Below the pieces are notes generated by a model that was given only the letters and a program-made list of their open reading frames with translations, did no database searches and was not told the origin of the DNA. DNA of 36,053 nucleotides from IMG/VR virus record IMGVR_UViG_3300037047_000060, positions 1 to 36,053 of that record, one strand, 5' to 3'. Shown here one piece after another: positions 24,010 through 34,089 of the stretch (positions within the stretch are counted from its first letter, which is position 1; every line of letters begins with the position of its first letter). The translations under genes and the position numbers were made by a program. The DNA is from a virus.

Positions 24010-25734
24010 ATGGATTATCAAGATAAACCAAACTATATCCGAGAGTACATCGAAGAGATCGAGTCTGGACGAATAATAGTTTCTAAAAAAGTAAAGAAAG
24101 TATACCTAAAATGGATGAAGCCGATTATTAATGACGAGCATCCATTGTATTACTTTAACCCTAATCCGGGATTAAAATTTATCAAGTTTTCTGAAACCTA
24201 TTGTAAACAATCAAAAGGCGAATGGTCAGGGAAACGTATTGAATTGATGTTATGGCAAAAAGCATGGGCGCAAACACTATTCGGAACACTAAGAAGAGAT
24301 ACTCATCACAGAAGATTTACAGAGAGTTTTCTAGTCGTAGCACGTAAGAACGGTAAAACCACAATGAATGCGCCTTTAACGCTCTTTGGAATACTCCACG
24401 AAAAAGGAGCAGAAGTCTACGCTGCAGCAACTGTAACAAGCCAAGCACAACGTATTATCGAAGAAGCTATCGACATGATAAAACGTGAAAGAGAACTTGA
24501 TAAGATATTTTCATTTCGCATCGCACCACCTAAAAGCATTAAACTTAAAGGATCATCTTCCTTGGCCAAAGTATTGTCATCAAACGTTCAAACTTTTGAT
24601 GGACTCAATACAAGCTTAGGAGTAATTGATGAGGTTCATGAACTAAAAAGACAAATCTATGATATTCTAAAACAGTCAACATCAGCCAGACAACAACCAA
24701 TCATATCGATGATTAGTACTGCAGGGTTTGTAAGAGAAGGTCTGTATGATAATATGTACGACCACGCAGTCAACATTTTAGAAGGAATTAGCCCGGACGA
24801 TACATTGTTACCACTAATCTATGAGATGGACTCAATCGAAGAGATAGCAGACGAAGCAATGTGGATAAAGGCAAATCCATCCTTAGGTGTCATCAAACAG
24901 ATAAAATACATCCAGGATCAAGTTCAAAGAGCAGAGTCAGATAAAAACTATATGAACACAGTCTTAACAAAAGACTTTAACATCAGAGGAATCACAGGAA
25001 AAGGATGGCTAAGCTTCGACGATCTTAACAATGAGATTGTATATACCGAAGAACAATTGAAGAAATTCGACAATTCATTTGTTATAGGTGGGTTAGACTT
25101 GTCAAGAACTGGTGACCTAACAAGTTTCACAACAATGCTATTCGATAAAGCAGACATGATAGAAGGTAAAAAGCCTCGAGCGATAGCAATAACAATGTAC
25201 TGGATCACCGCAAAATTCTACAATGAAAGAATTCAAGATAAGAACAATAAGATACCATGGGCAGCATGGGTTGAACGTGGACTTGTAAGAATATCAGGTA
25301 CGGAACTTATAGAATACAGAGATATTGCAGATTACATCAGCAATAACTTTAGAGAAAAAGGATGGATGTACCAGTACATTCAATACGACAGATATTCAGC
25401 TCAATACTTAATATCCGACTTAGTTTCTAGAGGTTATCAGAAAGACACATGCCTAGTAGCGACAGCTCAAGGAGCAAAAACATTAAGTATACCTATGCAG
25501 TTGATTGAAGCAGATCTAAGACAAAAGGTATTGTGCTACCAAAACAATCCAATCACCAAATGGTGTTTATCAAACGTACAGCTTGAACAGGATAGAAATG
25601 GTAACTATATGCCTAAGAAAATCAATGATCAGAGAGAACGCAAAATAGACGGCTTTGCAACGATTCTAAACTGTTATGTTAGAATAGCAGATGATATAGG
25701 TTACTACCTAGGACCAAGAAGACAGGAGGGATAA
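24010..25734 (+). CDS. terL: Terminase large subunit
   Basis: 574 aa. Walker A-like VVARKNGKTT, the Walker B/coupling segment GVIDEVHE, and a C-terminal nuclease region. The ATG at 24010 follows gaggagg. Confidence 0.9.
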   Translation: MDYQDKPNYIREYIEEIESGRIIVSKKVKKVYLKWMKPIINDEHPLYYFNPNPGLKFIKFSETYCKQSKGEWSGKRIELMLWQKAWAQTLFGTLRRDTHHRRFTESFLVVARKNGKTTMNAPLTLFGILHEKGAEVYAAATVTSQAQRIIEEAIDMIKRERELDKIFSFRIAPPKSIKLKGSSSLAKVLSSNVQTFDGLNTSLGVIDEVHELKRQIYDILKQSTSARQQPIISMISTAGFVREGLYDNMYDHAVNILEGISPDDTLLPLIYEMDSIEEIADEAMWIKANPSLGVIKQIKYIQDQVQRAESDKNYMNTVLTKDFNIRGITGKGWLSFDDLNNEIVYTEEQLKKFDNSFVIGGLDLSRTGDLTSFTTMLFDKADMIEGKKPRAIAITMYWITAKFYNERIQDKNNKIPWAAWVERGLVRISGTELIEYRDIADYISNNFREKGWMYQYIQYDRYSAQYLISDLVSRGYQKDTCLVATAQGAKTLSIPMQLIEADLRQKVLCYQNNPITKWCLSNVQLEQDRNGNYMPKKINDQRERKIDGFATILNCYVRIADDIGYYLGPRRQEG

Positions 25735-25735
25735 G

Positions 25736-26953
25736 ATGGGATGGTTTCAAAACGCAACTGAATACGTTGCAAATATATTCAAAGGTAAGAAAACAGGAAG
25801 TCAACTCAAAAGCCTAAATGTCAACAGTCCACACTTTACAGGCGAAAGTAATCCTAAATTAAATGAAACGTTTGTGACCGGGTGCAACACACACGCAAGA
25901 CATGGTTCTAAAATCAGACCTTTGGTTTATTACAAAGGAGCAGTCTCTTCTAACAAAAATACACTTAATTACTTACTAAGTACCAGACCTAATCCTGCAA
26001 TGAATGCACCCACATTCTGGGAAAAAGTAGTCCTTGAGTATTACATGAATAATAACGCTTTGATATTTGTTGAAAGAGGCGACAGTATAGCGTCTGATAG
26101 AGTAAAAGCACTTTGGATAATCCCTACAGACTCTGTAGAGATACGATCAGACGAAAAGCAGCTGTACTTTAGATTCAGAATAGGCAGTCAGACATACATT
26201 ACAGATATGAATGATATGATAATTTTGTCAAGAAACGTTGGCTTCTTAGTTGACACATTTGGAAAAATTGACAAATCGATTGAGCAAGTCATAAAGATAA
26301 TCAAAACAAACTATGAAGGTCTAGAACAATCAATTCGAATGTCTGCATTTATCCGTTTCTTAGTTTCAACACCTACACTACTCTCAGAAGAACAAAAAGA
26401 AAAAAGAGCTAAAGAATTCTCTGACAGGTACCTTGGAAGCGAATCAGCAGGGATAGCATATATCGATGCAGCACAGCAAGTTATCCAACTAGATACAGCA
26501 AAAGGTAAATATGCAGATTCCGATGTGATGAGTTTACTAGAAAAGAAAGTTAAAGATTATCTTAACATCAATGATGCGATGCTTTCTGCAAATTATAACG
26601 AAGATCAGTTCCAAGCGTATTACGAAACTAACATGGAACCAATCGCTATAAAGATAGCAGCTGAACTGACAGAGAAAATCCTAACACCTAGAGAAAGAGA
26701 AGTAGGCAATGAGATCAGAGTGGATGCAAACAGATTGCAAACCGCTTCACTCAAAACCAGAGCTCAAGTTGCAGCCATTATTCAAAAATCACCTATTCAT
26801 ATACCAAACGTTGTCAATGAACTTCTTTACATACCACCAGTTGAGGGTGGCGATGAACCATACACATTCCTAAACTATGCTAAAACGCAAGAGCAGAAAG
26901 AGCAAGAAGAGGAAGATAACATCACAAATCCAAAACCGAAGGAGGATAAATAG
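25736..26953 (+). CDS. Portal protein (HK97 family-like)
   Basis: 405 aa, positioned between TerL and the prohead protease. The C-terminal tail is acidic. Confidence 0.8.
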   Translation: MGWFQNATEYVANIFKGKKTGSQLKSLNVNSPHFTGESNPKLNETFVTGCNTHARHGSKIRPLVYYKGAVSSNKNTLNYLLSTRPNPAMNAPTFWEKVVLEYYMNNNALIFVERGDSIASDRVKALWIIPTDSVEIRSDEKQLYFRFRIGSQTYITDMNDMIILSRNVGFLVDTFGKIDKSIEQVIKIIKTNYEGLEQSIRMSAFIRFLVSTPTLLSEEQKEKRAKEFSDRYLGSESAGIAYIDAAQQVIQLDTAKGKYADSDVMSLLEKKVKDYLNINDAMLSANYNEDQFQAYYETNMEPIAIKIAAELTEKILTPREREVGNEIRVDANRLQTASLKTRAQVAAIIQKSPIHIPNVVNELLYIPPVEGGDEPYTFLNYAKTQEQKEQEEEDNITNPKPKEDK

Positions 26954-27607
26954 ATGGATAAAAAGCTTATTAATGACTTACGAATAAATCGCCATGGCAA
27001 CTATATGAGAGAGTTCTCAGGAGTACATGCCAGATCAGAAGGAACTGAAACAGCACCAAAGATGATTGTAGAAGGACAACCAATCGTATTCAATAAAGAA
27101 ACAGTTTTATTTCAATACGAAGGAGTTGAGTATAAAGAAATTATTGACTCAGCAGCATTAAACAACACTGACATCAGTGAATGCTTCCTAAAGTTTAATC
27201 ACGATGACAATCATGTTGTAGCAAGAACCAAGAATAAATCCTTGGAATTAGAAATCAAACCTGAAGGTGTTGATATTAAAGCAGAACTAGTAAACACTCA
27301 AGCAGGCAGAGATATGTACGAATTAGTTCGAACAGGCATCATCGATAAGATGAGTTTCGCTTTTACTATAGAAGAAGAATCCTACAATAAGGAAACCCAC
27401 ACATGGACAGTACGAAAAATAGGAAAACTCTATGACGTAGCAGCAGTCGCTCATCCTGCTTATGAACAAACTGAGATATATGCACGCAGACTTGGTGAGG
27501 TGGAGGCTTCACGTAAGAAGGAATTGGATGATTCCATTGCGAAAGAAAAAATCCAGTTAGAAAACAGACGTAAAGATGTGCTTGCAAGATTAGAAAAAAT
27601 AAAATAA
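26954..27607 (+). CDS. Prohead maturation protease (HK97 / S78-like)
   Basis: Position and size fit. The segments FNHDDNHVVART...MSFAF...DVAAVAHPAYEQT are typical of HK97-type prohead proteases. Confidence 0.8.
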   Translation: MDKKLINDLRINRHGNYMREFSGVHARSEGTETAPKMIVEGQPIVFNKETVLFQYEGVEYKEIIDSAALNNTDISECFLKFNHDDNHVVARTKNKSLELEIKPEGVDIKAELVNTQAGRDMYELVRTGIIDKMSFAFTIEEESYNKETHTWTVRKIGKLYDVAAVAHPAYEQTEIYARRLGEVEASRKKELDDSIAKEKIQLENRRKDVLARLEKIK

Positions 27608-27615
27608 GGAGATCA

Positions 27616-28821
27616 ATGAAAATGAACATTGAACAATTAAGAAGTAAAATCGAAGCATTACGCAGTAAGATTGAAGGCTTCAAAACCGAAGCTAAGACAG
27701 CAACATCTGAAAGATTACTTCAAATCGAAGAAGAATCCAGAAATGCTGAAACAGAAATGGTTACTCTTAACACACAATTAAGAGAAGCATTAGCAGGAAG
27801 ATTTGCACAAGCTCCAGTTGTTCAAACACAACAACCAGGATCTACAGAAATTGACCAAAGAATTTCAAAAATGAAGAGAAAAAATGCTCTCGCTGAAATC
27901 ATCGGACGTGGTTTCAAAAAGCAAGCTTTCTCTGAATCAGAAAAACGTGCATTAGGCGTAGCATTAACAACCACTGCTGAAACTTATGTTGCAGCAACAG
28001 AACTTGTTGATGGTGTTAACAATGCAGGTGTATTTATCCCAACAGGAATCATCTTAGATCTTCTAAGAGAAGAAGGTTTACTAAGTCCTATTCTTCGTGA
28101 TATTTCATTCACAAGCATTCCCGGCTTAGTAGAATTTGTATTCAGAAAATCACGTGATAAGGCAAAAGCAAAAGCTGAAGGTGCATCTGGAAAAGACAAT
28201 CAAATGGAATGGGATACAGTAACAGGTGTCAAAGGTTACTTACAAACCATTATTGCAGTTACAGATGAAGTTCAAGCATTAACAGCATTTGACTTTGGTT
28301 TATATATCATCGATCAAATCATTCAAGATTTAAATGAAGACTGGGTTTATGAACTAATCTATGGTGCAGGAAACTCTAACCACATCAAAGGTATCACAGT
28401 AGGCGCTCTAGCAGCAGTTACTGGCGGATATGATGCAGGTAAAGAAATTGATGCATTAATCGCAGGGTTAAGTAAACTAACACCTAAGTTCAGAAGAAAT
28501 GCAAAGATTTATGTTGCGACTGATGTCTACGACAAAATCCTATTCTCAACTGATGACAATGGCAACTTCAAGTATCCAGTTTTCAATAACTCAACAGGAA
28601 TCTCTTCATTCGGTTCAGTAAGAGTTGAAACTGATGAAAACTTAACTGCAGGCGATTTCATCATCGGTAACGTCACCAAGTTCTTCAAAGCAAACTCATT
28701 GATTCCAATCAGAATTGAAGCAAATCGTATTCCACGAAGTGCAGTTACTGAGTATATTGCAAGTGAATTCTGTGCAACAACTCCAGTAGCAAACGCATTC
28801 GTCCATGGCGTCAAGAAGTAA
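27616..28821 (+). CDS. Major capsid protein (HK97 fold) with an N-terminal coiled-coil delta domain
   Basis: 401 aa directly after the protease. The N-terminal heptad-rich segment is followed by a typical capsid body. Confidence 0.8.
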   Translation: MKMNIEQLRSKIEALRSKIEGFKTEAKTATSERLLQIEEESRNAETEMVTLNTQLREALAGRFAQAPVVQTQQPGSTEIDQRISKMKRKNALAEIIGRGFKKQAFSESEKRALGVALTTTAETYVAATELVDGVNNAGVFIPTGIILDLLREEGLLSPILRDISFTSIPGLVEFVFRKSRDKAKAKAEGASGKDNQMEWDTVTGVKGYLQTIIAVTDEVQALTAFDFGLYIIDQIIQDLNEDWVYELIYGAGNSNHIKGITVGALAAVTGGYDAGKEIDALIAGLSKLTPKFRRNAKIYVATDVYDKILFSTDDNGNFKYPVFNNSTGISSFGSVRVETDENLTAGDFIIGNVTKFFKANSLIPIRIEANRIPRSAVTEYIASEFCATTPVANAFVHGVKK

Positions 28822-28836
28822 TAGGCGGTACATAAA

Positions 28837-29208
28837 ATGGGAAGAAATGCAGATCAATTGAAAGTTGCTTTGAAAAATGTAGCTAGCAAAGATGTAGATG
28901 GTTCTACAAAAGGCGAAATCCTTGAGAACTTCAATCTTCAATACGAAGACGTCGAGCTAACAATCAACGTTGTTGACTCTGTAGGCGAACCTGTAGCAAC
29001 ACCTACAGTTGTACTCAAAAAAGGTGCAACAATCGGCAGTGGCGATACAGTCACTGCATCAGCAGGTAAGTATCCAGTATTATATGGAACTTACAACTAT
29101 TCGATAACAAAGACTGGTTATGTAACAAAGACTGGCTTAATCACGATCGGATACGATGAAGCACGTGCAGGCGTTGCAACATCAACAATCGCTCTAGTAG
29201 CATCCTAA
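28837..29208 (+). CDS. Hypothetical head-associated protein (beta-sandwich / Ig-like candidate)
   Basis: 123 aa after the capsid gene. It contains a beta-rich segment TINVVDSVGEPVATPTVVLKKG...YNYSITKTGYVTKTG. Confidence 0.45.
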   Translation: MGRNADQLKVALKNVASKDVDGSTKGEILENFNLQYEDVELTINVVDSVGEPVATPTVVLKKGATIGSGDTVTASAGKYPVLYGTYNYSITKTGYVTKTGLITIGYDEARAGVATSTIALVAS

Positions 29209-29238
29209 AAAATAAAAATATGAAAGGGGTGGCATGAC

Positions 29239-29538
29239 ATGTCAGTAGCAACAGGCGCAGATTTAGTAAATAAGATTGCATATGCAGTTGGATACGATGT
29301 ATCTGATTTAGTTTCAAAAACATATATCGAAGATCTTATTGATGCAGGCATCGAAGATATGAAAGGCGCAGGAGTTCCAGAAACAGTCATTGTTTCTACG
29401 AACAAACTGTTAGTAGCCACCCTTACCATATTTGTAAATGACAATTTAAACTTAACAACAGGAAACCATAAAACAAGCACAATGTATATTGCAAATATTG
29501 ATAAGCTAAGATCAGTTATCACTGAATCGATAGAATAG
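29239..29538 (+). CDS. Head-tail connector protein (gp6-like)
   Basis: Size and position in an HK97-like module. Confidence 0.55.
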   Translation: MSVATGADLVNKIAYAVGYDVSDLVSKTYIEDLIDAGIEDMKGAGVPETVIVSTNKLLVATLTIFVNDNLNLTTGNHKTSTMYIANIDKLRSVITESIE

Positions 29539-29545
29539 AGGTGGT

Positions 29546-29911
29546 ATGATGAGAATAAATACCACCATTTATTTATTTAATATTGTTCAAGTGCAAGATT
29601 CGAATACAGGCGAACGTGTAAAGACGATTGAGTCTGTAGTGCGTGTTCAAGGTTCAGTTGGACCAACCGGGAGTTCAACATATTGGCAAGCACAAGCAGC
29701 AAACGTTCAGCTGAGAGGAACTATCCAGATCCAGAACAGGGTGTACAAAAAACAGAAATACATCTACTTTAAAGAGAACGGCCAAGGACAAGTCTACAGT
29801 TGCAACTCTACAGCAAAGGCAGAAGATGAACACTTAATAAAAATTAATTATGAAGATATAAAAGAAGAAGGTATAAAGGAGTTGATTGAAGATGCTATCC
29901 AAGGACTATGA
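29546..29911 (+). CDS. Head closure / head-tail adaptor protein
   Basis: Size and position. RBS gaggtgg upstream. Confidence 0.5.
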   Translation: MMRINTTIYLFNIVQVQDSNTGERVKTIESVVRVQGSVGPTGSSTYWQAQAANVQLRGTIQIQNRVYKKQKYIYFKENGQGQVYSCNSTAKAEDEHLIKINYEDIKEEGIKELIEDAIQGL

Positions 29912-30251
29912 TTCATTATGGAATCTTCTAAAAGATACTAATTCCGCTCCAGTCTACATGGAAAAAATGGATGAAGAAGAATCTAAAATACCTGCTAAAT
30001 TTGTAATCTTTGAACGCTCAACGACAGATCAATCAGCCGAATCAGGCGATGGCATCGAAATTCTTAGAGAAAAGTATTTCACAATCAGTATTTATGCTAA
30101 AAAAATCAACGATGCAGTCACAATCATGAATGCATACAGGGATAAACTTATTCAAAATGGTATCCGTTTTACACAACAAGGACCTATATATGATACAACC
30201 AGTCAACGATACACTGTAGACTTGGATGGAAGATACTCATATGGCGTATAG
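29886..30251 (+). CDS. Hypothetical neck/tail completion protein
   Basis: 121-aa ORF in the connector gene block. Confidence 0.45.
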   Translation: MKMLSKDYDSLWNLLKDTNSAPVYMEKMDEEESKIPAKFVIFERSTTDQSAESGDGIEILREKYFTISIYAKKINDAVTIMNAYRDKLIQNGIRFTQQGPIYDTTSQRYTVDLDGRYSYGV

Positions 30252-30636
30252 CGAATTTGAGAAACAGATGCAAAACATCATTAAAAGTGTAACAGCTGAT
30301 ACCAAAAAAAATGTAGAAAAAGGACTCGATGAAGCATCAAAAATTATGAAAGAAGATTTAGATGCACATAGTCCACAAAGTACCAATCCAGGGGAAAAAC
30401 TAAAAGGATCCTGGATGATTAAAAATAAGTACACCGGGGTTCGCTATGTGGGTTCTACCAAATTGGTACCCACAACAAGAAATGGGCGAAAAACGACAGT
30501 GCCACTTACAATTGTATTAGAACATGGCGCTAAAAGTCCACACCGGGGTTTTATGCGTAGAAGATTTCAAGCCCAAAAAGCAAATATTATCCTAGCAGTA
30601 AAGAAAGCTATTGAAGGAGGAAACAATAATGGCTAA
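30226..30636 (+). CDS. HK97 gp10-family tail/neck protein
   Basis: ...TIVLEHGAKSPHRGFMRRRFQAQK resembles the HK97 gp10 family. The ATG at 30241 is an alternative start. Confidence 0.6.
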   Translation: MEDTHMAYSEFEKQMQNIIKSVTADTKKNVEKGLDEASKIMKEDLDAHSPQSTNPGEKLKGSWMIKNKYTGVRYVGSTKLVPTTRNGRKTTVPLTIVLEHGAKSPHRGFMRRRFQAQKANIILAVKKAIEGGNNNG

Positions 30637-31234
30637 AACTAAAGAAGTACAATTTAACGTGAAGAATGTTAAATATTGTTTAGCATCAACACCACTTGTT
30701 ATCAATGACGTGGCGTATGCTAGTCAAATCAGTTTTGAAGCAGCAATCAACAAACTCCCTATCTACGGTGACGGTCAGAAACTGACTGAAATCTTCGCAG
30801 ATCAAGGGTTCACTGGAGCATTGACTCTCATTCAAGTACCAGAAGACTTCCTTAAGGACTTAGGTTACAAACAAGAAGTCGATGGCACTGGTATCGCAGA
30901 TATCTCTGTTTCGAAGTCCGTAGAAGTTCATCTCTACTATGAGATTGAAGTTCATGAAAATGACGTTACCAAAACAGTCAAGTTCTGGTGCTACAATGTC
31001 ATTCTTGAAAGACCTGCTGAAAGTTATCAACAAACCACAGAAACACCAAATCTTACTACCTATGAGTTGCCATTTACAATCTTAGGTATTAACTTGTTGA
31101 ATACTGCAGGCACTGGTGACTACACCGATACAAACGGTAACACAGTCAAAGTATGGCGCCAAAGAAAACGCCCTGCAGACACTGATTACGCTACGTTCGG
31201 CACATTCACCGCACCTAAAGTAAAAGCAGCGTAA
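30629..31234 (+). CDS. Major tail protein
   Basis: The ATG at 30629 follows aaggagg. About 200 aa, directly upstream of the chaperone pair and the tape measure. Confidence 0.7.
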   Translation: MAKTKEVQFNVKNVKYCLASTPLVINDVAYASQISFEAAINKLPIYGDGQKLTEIFADQGFTGALTLIQVPEDFLKDLGYKQEVDGTGIADISVSKSVEVHLYYEIEVHENDVTKTVKFWCYNVILERPAESYQQTTETPNLTTYELPFTILGINLLNTAGTGDYTDTNGNTVKVWRQRKRPADTDYATFGTFTAPKVKAA

Positions 31235-31245
31235 GAGGCTAATTT

Positions 31246-31638
31246 ATGGCGGTATCTATTAAAATTCCTTTGGTTGAAATGGCAAAAAATCAAGCTACAG
31301 GTAAGCTTGAATACCAAAGAAGAGAAATCCTTGTACGAGTAAACACTTCGGTGTTGGCTAACTACAAATGGGAAAGAACATTCCAAGCAGAGAAAGACTA
31401 TGACCTAGTCCATGCTGTAGGACTTACCCAGATCAACCTTAAGAACCTGCAGAAGAACCCTATGATAGGCACAACTCTTATTGAGAGCCTTCGAGTGGTT
31501 TACTGCTTTATTGAAAGCCCGGAACTTCCAACCTTTGTAGATTTCCTAAACGGAGTCAGCGAAGAGAATCTTAGCGATGTAATTGATAAGATTACTGCTA
31601 TCATTGAAGAAGTTAATTCCGTATCAGGAAAAAACTAA
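31246..31638 (+). CDS. Tail assembly chaperone (G-like)
   Basis: Position before the tape measure. Ends at the slippery site A_AAA_AAC followed by TAA. Confidence 0.8.
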   Translation: MAVSIKIPLVEMAKNQATGKLEYQRREILVRVNTSVLANYKWERTFQAEKDYDLVHAVGLTQINLKNLQKNPMIGTTLIESLRVVYCFIESPELPTFVDFLNGVSEENLSDVIDKITAIIEEVNSVSGKN

Positions 31639-31937
31639 AAGCTCGATCACAATATCTGCAAGCGCTTATTGACCGATACGGCAAAGGCAATGGCAAAGAG
31701 CCAACAGTGATCGAGCCATCACCCATATTGGCTCGCATTCAATCAGCATTGGATGCAAAGCTTCCATATGACCTAATCACAAGCATTTCATACCATGACA
31801 TGTATGCGATGCTTGTTGAAATATGGATCACAAATTTTCAACACTATGGTAAACGCATGGAAGAAGAAAGACTGGGAAGTCGTAACGTTGAAAGACGACA
31901 AGCATCCAATTCAGATTACTTAGAACTACTCAAATAA
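31246..31937 (+). CDS. Tail assembly chaperone frameshift fusion (GT-like; 31246-31635 joined in the -1 frame to 31635-31937)
   Basis: The -1 frame is open from the heptamer into track ORF 31707-31937. This is the canonical arrangement upstream of a tape-measure gene. Confidence 0.75.
31629..31635 (+). promoter_or_regulatory. -1 programmed ribosomal frameshift heptamer A_AAA_AAC
   Basis: The zero frame reads GGA AAA AAC TAA. The -1 frame reads on as LKARSQYLQALIDRYGKGNGKEPTVIEPSPILARIQ..., open through to 31937. Confidence 0.8.
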
Positions 31938-31950
31938 AGGGAGTGATTTC

Positions 31951-34089
31951 ATGGCAGCCGAAACAGCAAAAGGTGTAATAATCACCATAGGAGCGGACAC
32001 TAAACAATTCGAAAAAGGTTTAAAAACAATGGACCGTGAAATCAAAAACACGTCCAAGCAAACCGCTGCACTTGTAGAATCACTCAAAATCAAGTGGGAT
32101 GATAAAACCTTTATTGAAGCCCAAAAGTCCGCACAAAAAGCACTTGACGATACCAACTCGAAAGCTAAATCATTGCGCGATCAGATGAAGTATCTTGAAG
32201 AAAGCGGAGGTTCTGTAGACAGCGAAGGATATCGCAAACTACAGACTCAACTAACCCTGACTGAAACAAGTGCTATTAAACTAAAGAAAGAACTCCAGGA
32301 TCTTCAAAACATAAAGTTTGAGAATCTAGCAAACAAATTTAATACTGCAGGATCCGCTATAACAAAGGTAGGACGGTCGCTTGCTGTATTCTCAGCAGCG
32401 GCTGTCGGTGCCTTAGTGGGTACTACAGCACTCTTCAACAGCACTGTGAAACTAGCAGCAGAAATAGACGATATGAGTCAAGCTGTCAACCTGAGCGCAG
32501 AACAGTTCCAGAGATGGCGCTATATTGCAAATCAAGTGGGTGTTGATAATACGACACTACAGACAGCCCTTGCTAAGACACAGGGTTCTTTTGCTAATCT
32601 TGCACAAGGTGTATCGAATACTGGCTCCAAGGCGTTAGAACGTCTTGGTTTTAGTGCATCCGATGCAGCTAAAGGCATGGGAGCGAACTTCGAAGCGATG
32701 ATCCAAAGATTAAGTGGCATCTCAGATGCATCAGAACAAGCGTATCTGGCAAACGAAATCTTTGGCGAACGTTTAGGATCCAAAGTTATCCCATTATTAA
32801 ACAGCGGCGCGGAAGGCATAGCACAACTCACCAAAGAGTTTGAATCACTAGGATACATGACAGATAGTCAAGTCGCAAGCCTAGCAGCATATGACGACCA
32901 ATGGCTAGCGATTAAAACATCATTCAAAAGCATTAAGAATGACATCAGCGTATCCTTGCTACCACTATTCCAAGCACTGACAAACATCATCCAAGAGAAA
33001 ATAGTTCCTGCAGTCCGTTCCATGGCCGAATGGTTTGCAGATTTATCAGATAAAACAAAAACAAACATCGCCATCATGCTGACAGTAGTTGCAGCACTGG
33101 CTCCAGTGATTCTAATCATAGGAAAGCTCACATCAGTTATGGGAAGCTTAATAGGCGGTATAGGCGGTCTTTCTAAAGCATTGACATTCCTAATGGCACA
33201 TCCTATCATCGCAGCAATAGCAGCCATCGTAGGCATCATGGTACTACTTTATACAACTAATGAGAAAGTAAGAGAATCAATAAATAACATAGTATCTACA
33301 ATAGGAACTGCACTGGCTCCAATTATGCAAATGCTAGGTGAATTATTCAATCAAGTACTTCAAGCAGTAATGCCTTTGGTAACTATGATAGGCGATTTAC
33401 TTGTTCCAATTTTAGATATGATAGGACCATTATTAACACCACTTATTGACTTATTAAAAGCAGCATTAGTTCCAGTCATGGCGATACTATCAAACAATAT
33501 TAAAGTCTTCATGGCAATACTAACACCAGTGATTAAATTACTGCAAATGGTCCTGGTACCAGTTATGGCTATAATTCAAAAAAGCATAGGATTTATAACG
33601 CAATTGATGCAACCACTTAAAAATGCACTTATGGGATTAGCTCCAGTGTTTAACTTTATTTTTAATCTATTTCAAAAAGGTTTAGAACTTGTAGAAAAGG
33701 GTATTCAATTTGTGCTCAAAGGCATAGAAAACGTCATTAATAGCGGAATAGATATGATAAATCATTTGATCAGAGCAATAAACAGTCTTGGTAAATGGTT
33801 AGGTATATCATTAGAAGAACTTAATCACATCCGCATTAATATTGAGTCAGGAACAACATCACAGCCATCACCCACACCACAACAAGTTGAAACTCCTGCA
33901 GGAACAGCACAGACCGCATTAGATGGCGCATATGGACAAGGTATCAGCAACAGCTACAATACCACTACCACGAACGACTACAGCAACAAAGAAGTCAATA
34001 TCAACGTGACAGTCCAGAACTATGCGGAACAAGTCGATGTGGATGATATGGTAAGACAAATCAATATCAAGCTAGCGGAGGCAATGTAA
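31951..34089 (+). CDS. Tape measure protein
   Basis: 712 aa with an N-terminal coiled coil, a long hydrophobic and repetitive central region, and a canonical position. Confidence 0.85.
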   Translation: MAAETAKGVIITIGADTKQFEKGLKTMDREIKNTSKQTAALVESLKIKWDDKTFIEAQKSAQKALDDTNSKAKSLRDQMKYLEESGGSVDSEGYRKLQTQLTLTETSAIKLKKELQDLQNIKFENLANKFNTAGSAITKVGRSLAVFSAAAVGALVGTTALFNSTVKLAAEIDDMSQAVNLSAEQFQRWRYIANQVGVDNTTLQTALAKTQGSFANLAQGVSNTGSKALERLGFSASDAAKGMGANFEAMIQRLSGISDASEQAYLANEIFGERLGSKVIPLLNSGAEGIAQLTKEFESLGYMTDSQVASLAAYDDQWLAIKTSFKSIKNDISVSLLPLFQALTNIIQEKIVPAVRSMAEWFADLSDKTKTNIAIMLTVVAALAPVILIIGKLTSVMGSLIGGIGGLSKALTFLMAHPIIAAIAAIVGIMVLLYTTNEKVRESINNIVSTIGTALAPIMQMLGELFNQVLQAVMPLVTMIGDLLVPILDMIGPLLTPLIDLLKAALVPVMAILSNNIKVFMAILTPVIKLLQMVLVPVMAIIQKSIGFITQLMQPLKNALMGLAPVFNFIFNLFQKGLELVEKGIQFVLKGIENVINSGIDMINHLIRAINSLGKWLGISLEELNHIRINIESGTTSQPSPTPQQVETPAGTAQTALDGAYGQGISNSYNTTTTNDYSNKEVNINVTVQNYAEQVDVDDMVRQINIKLAEAM

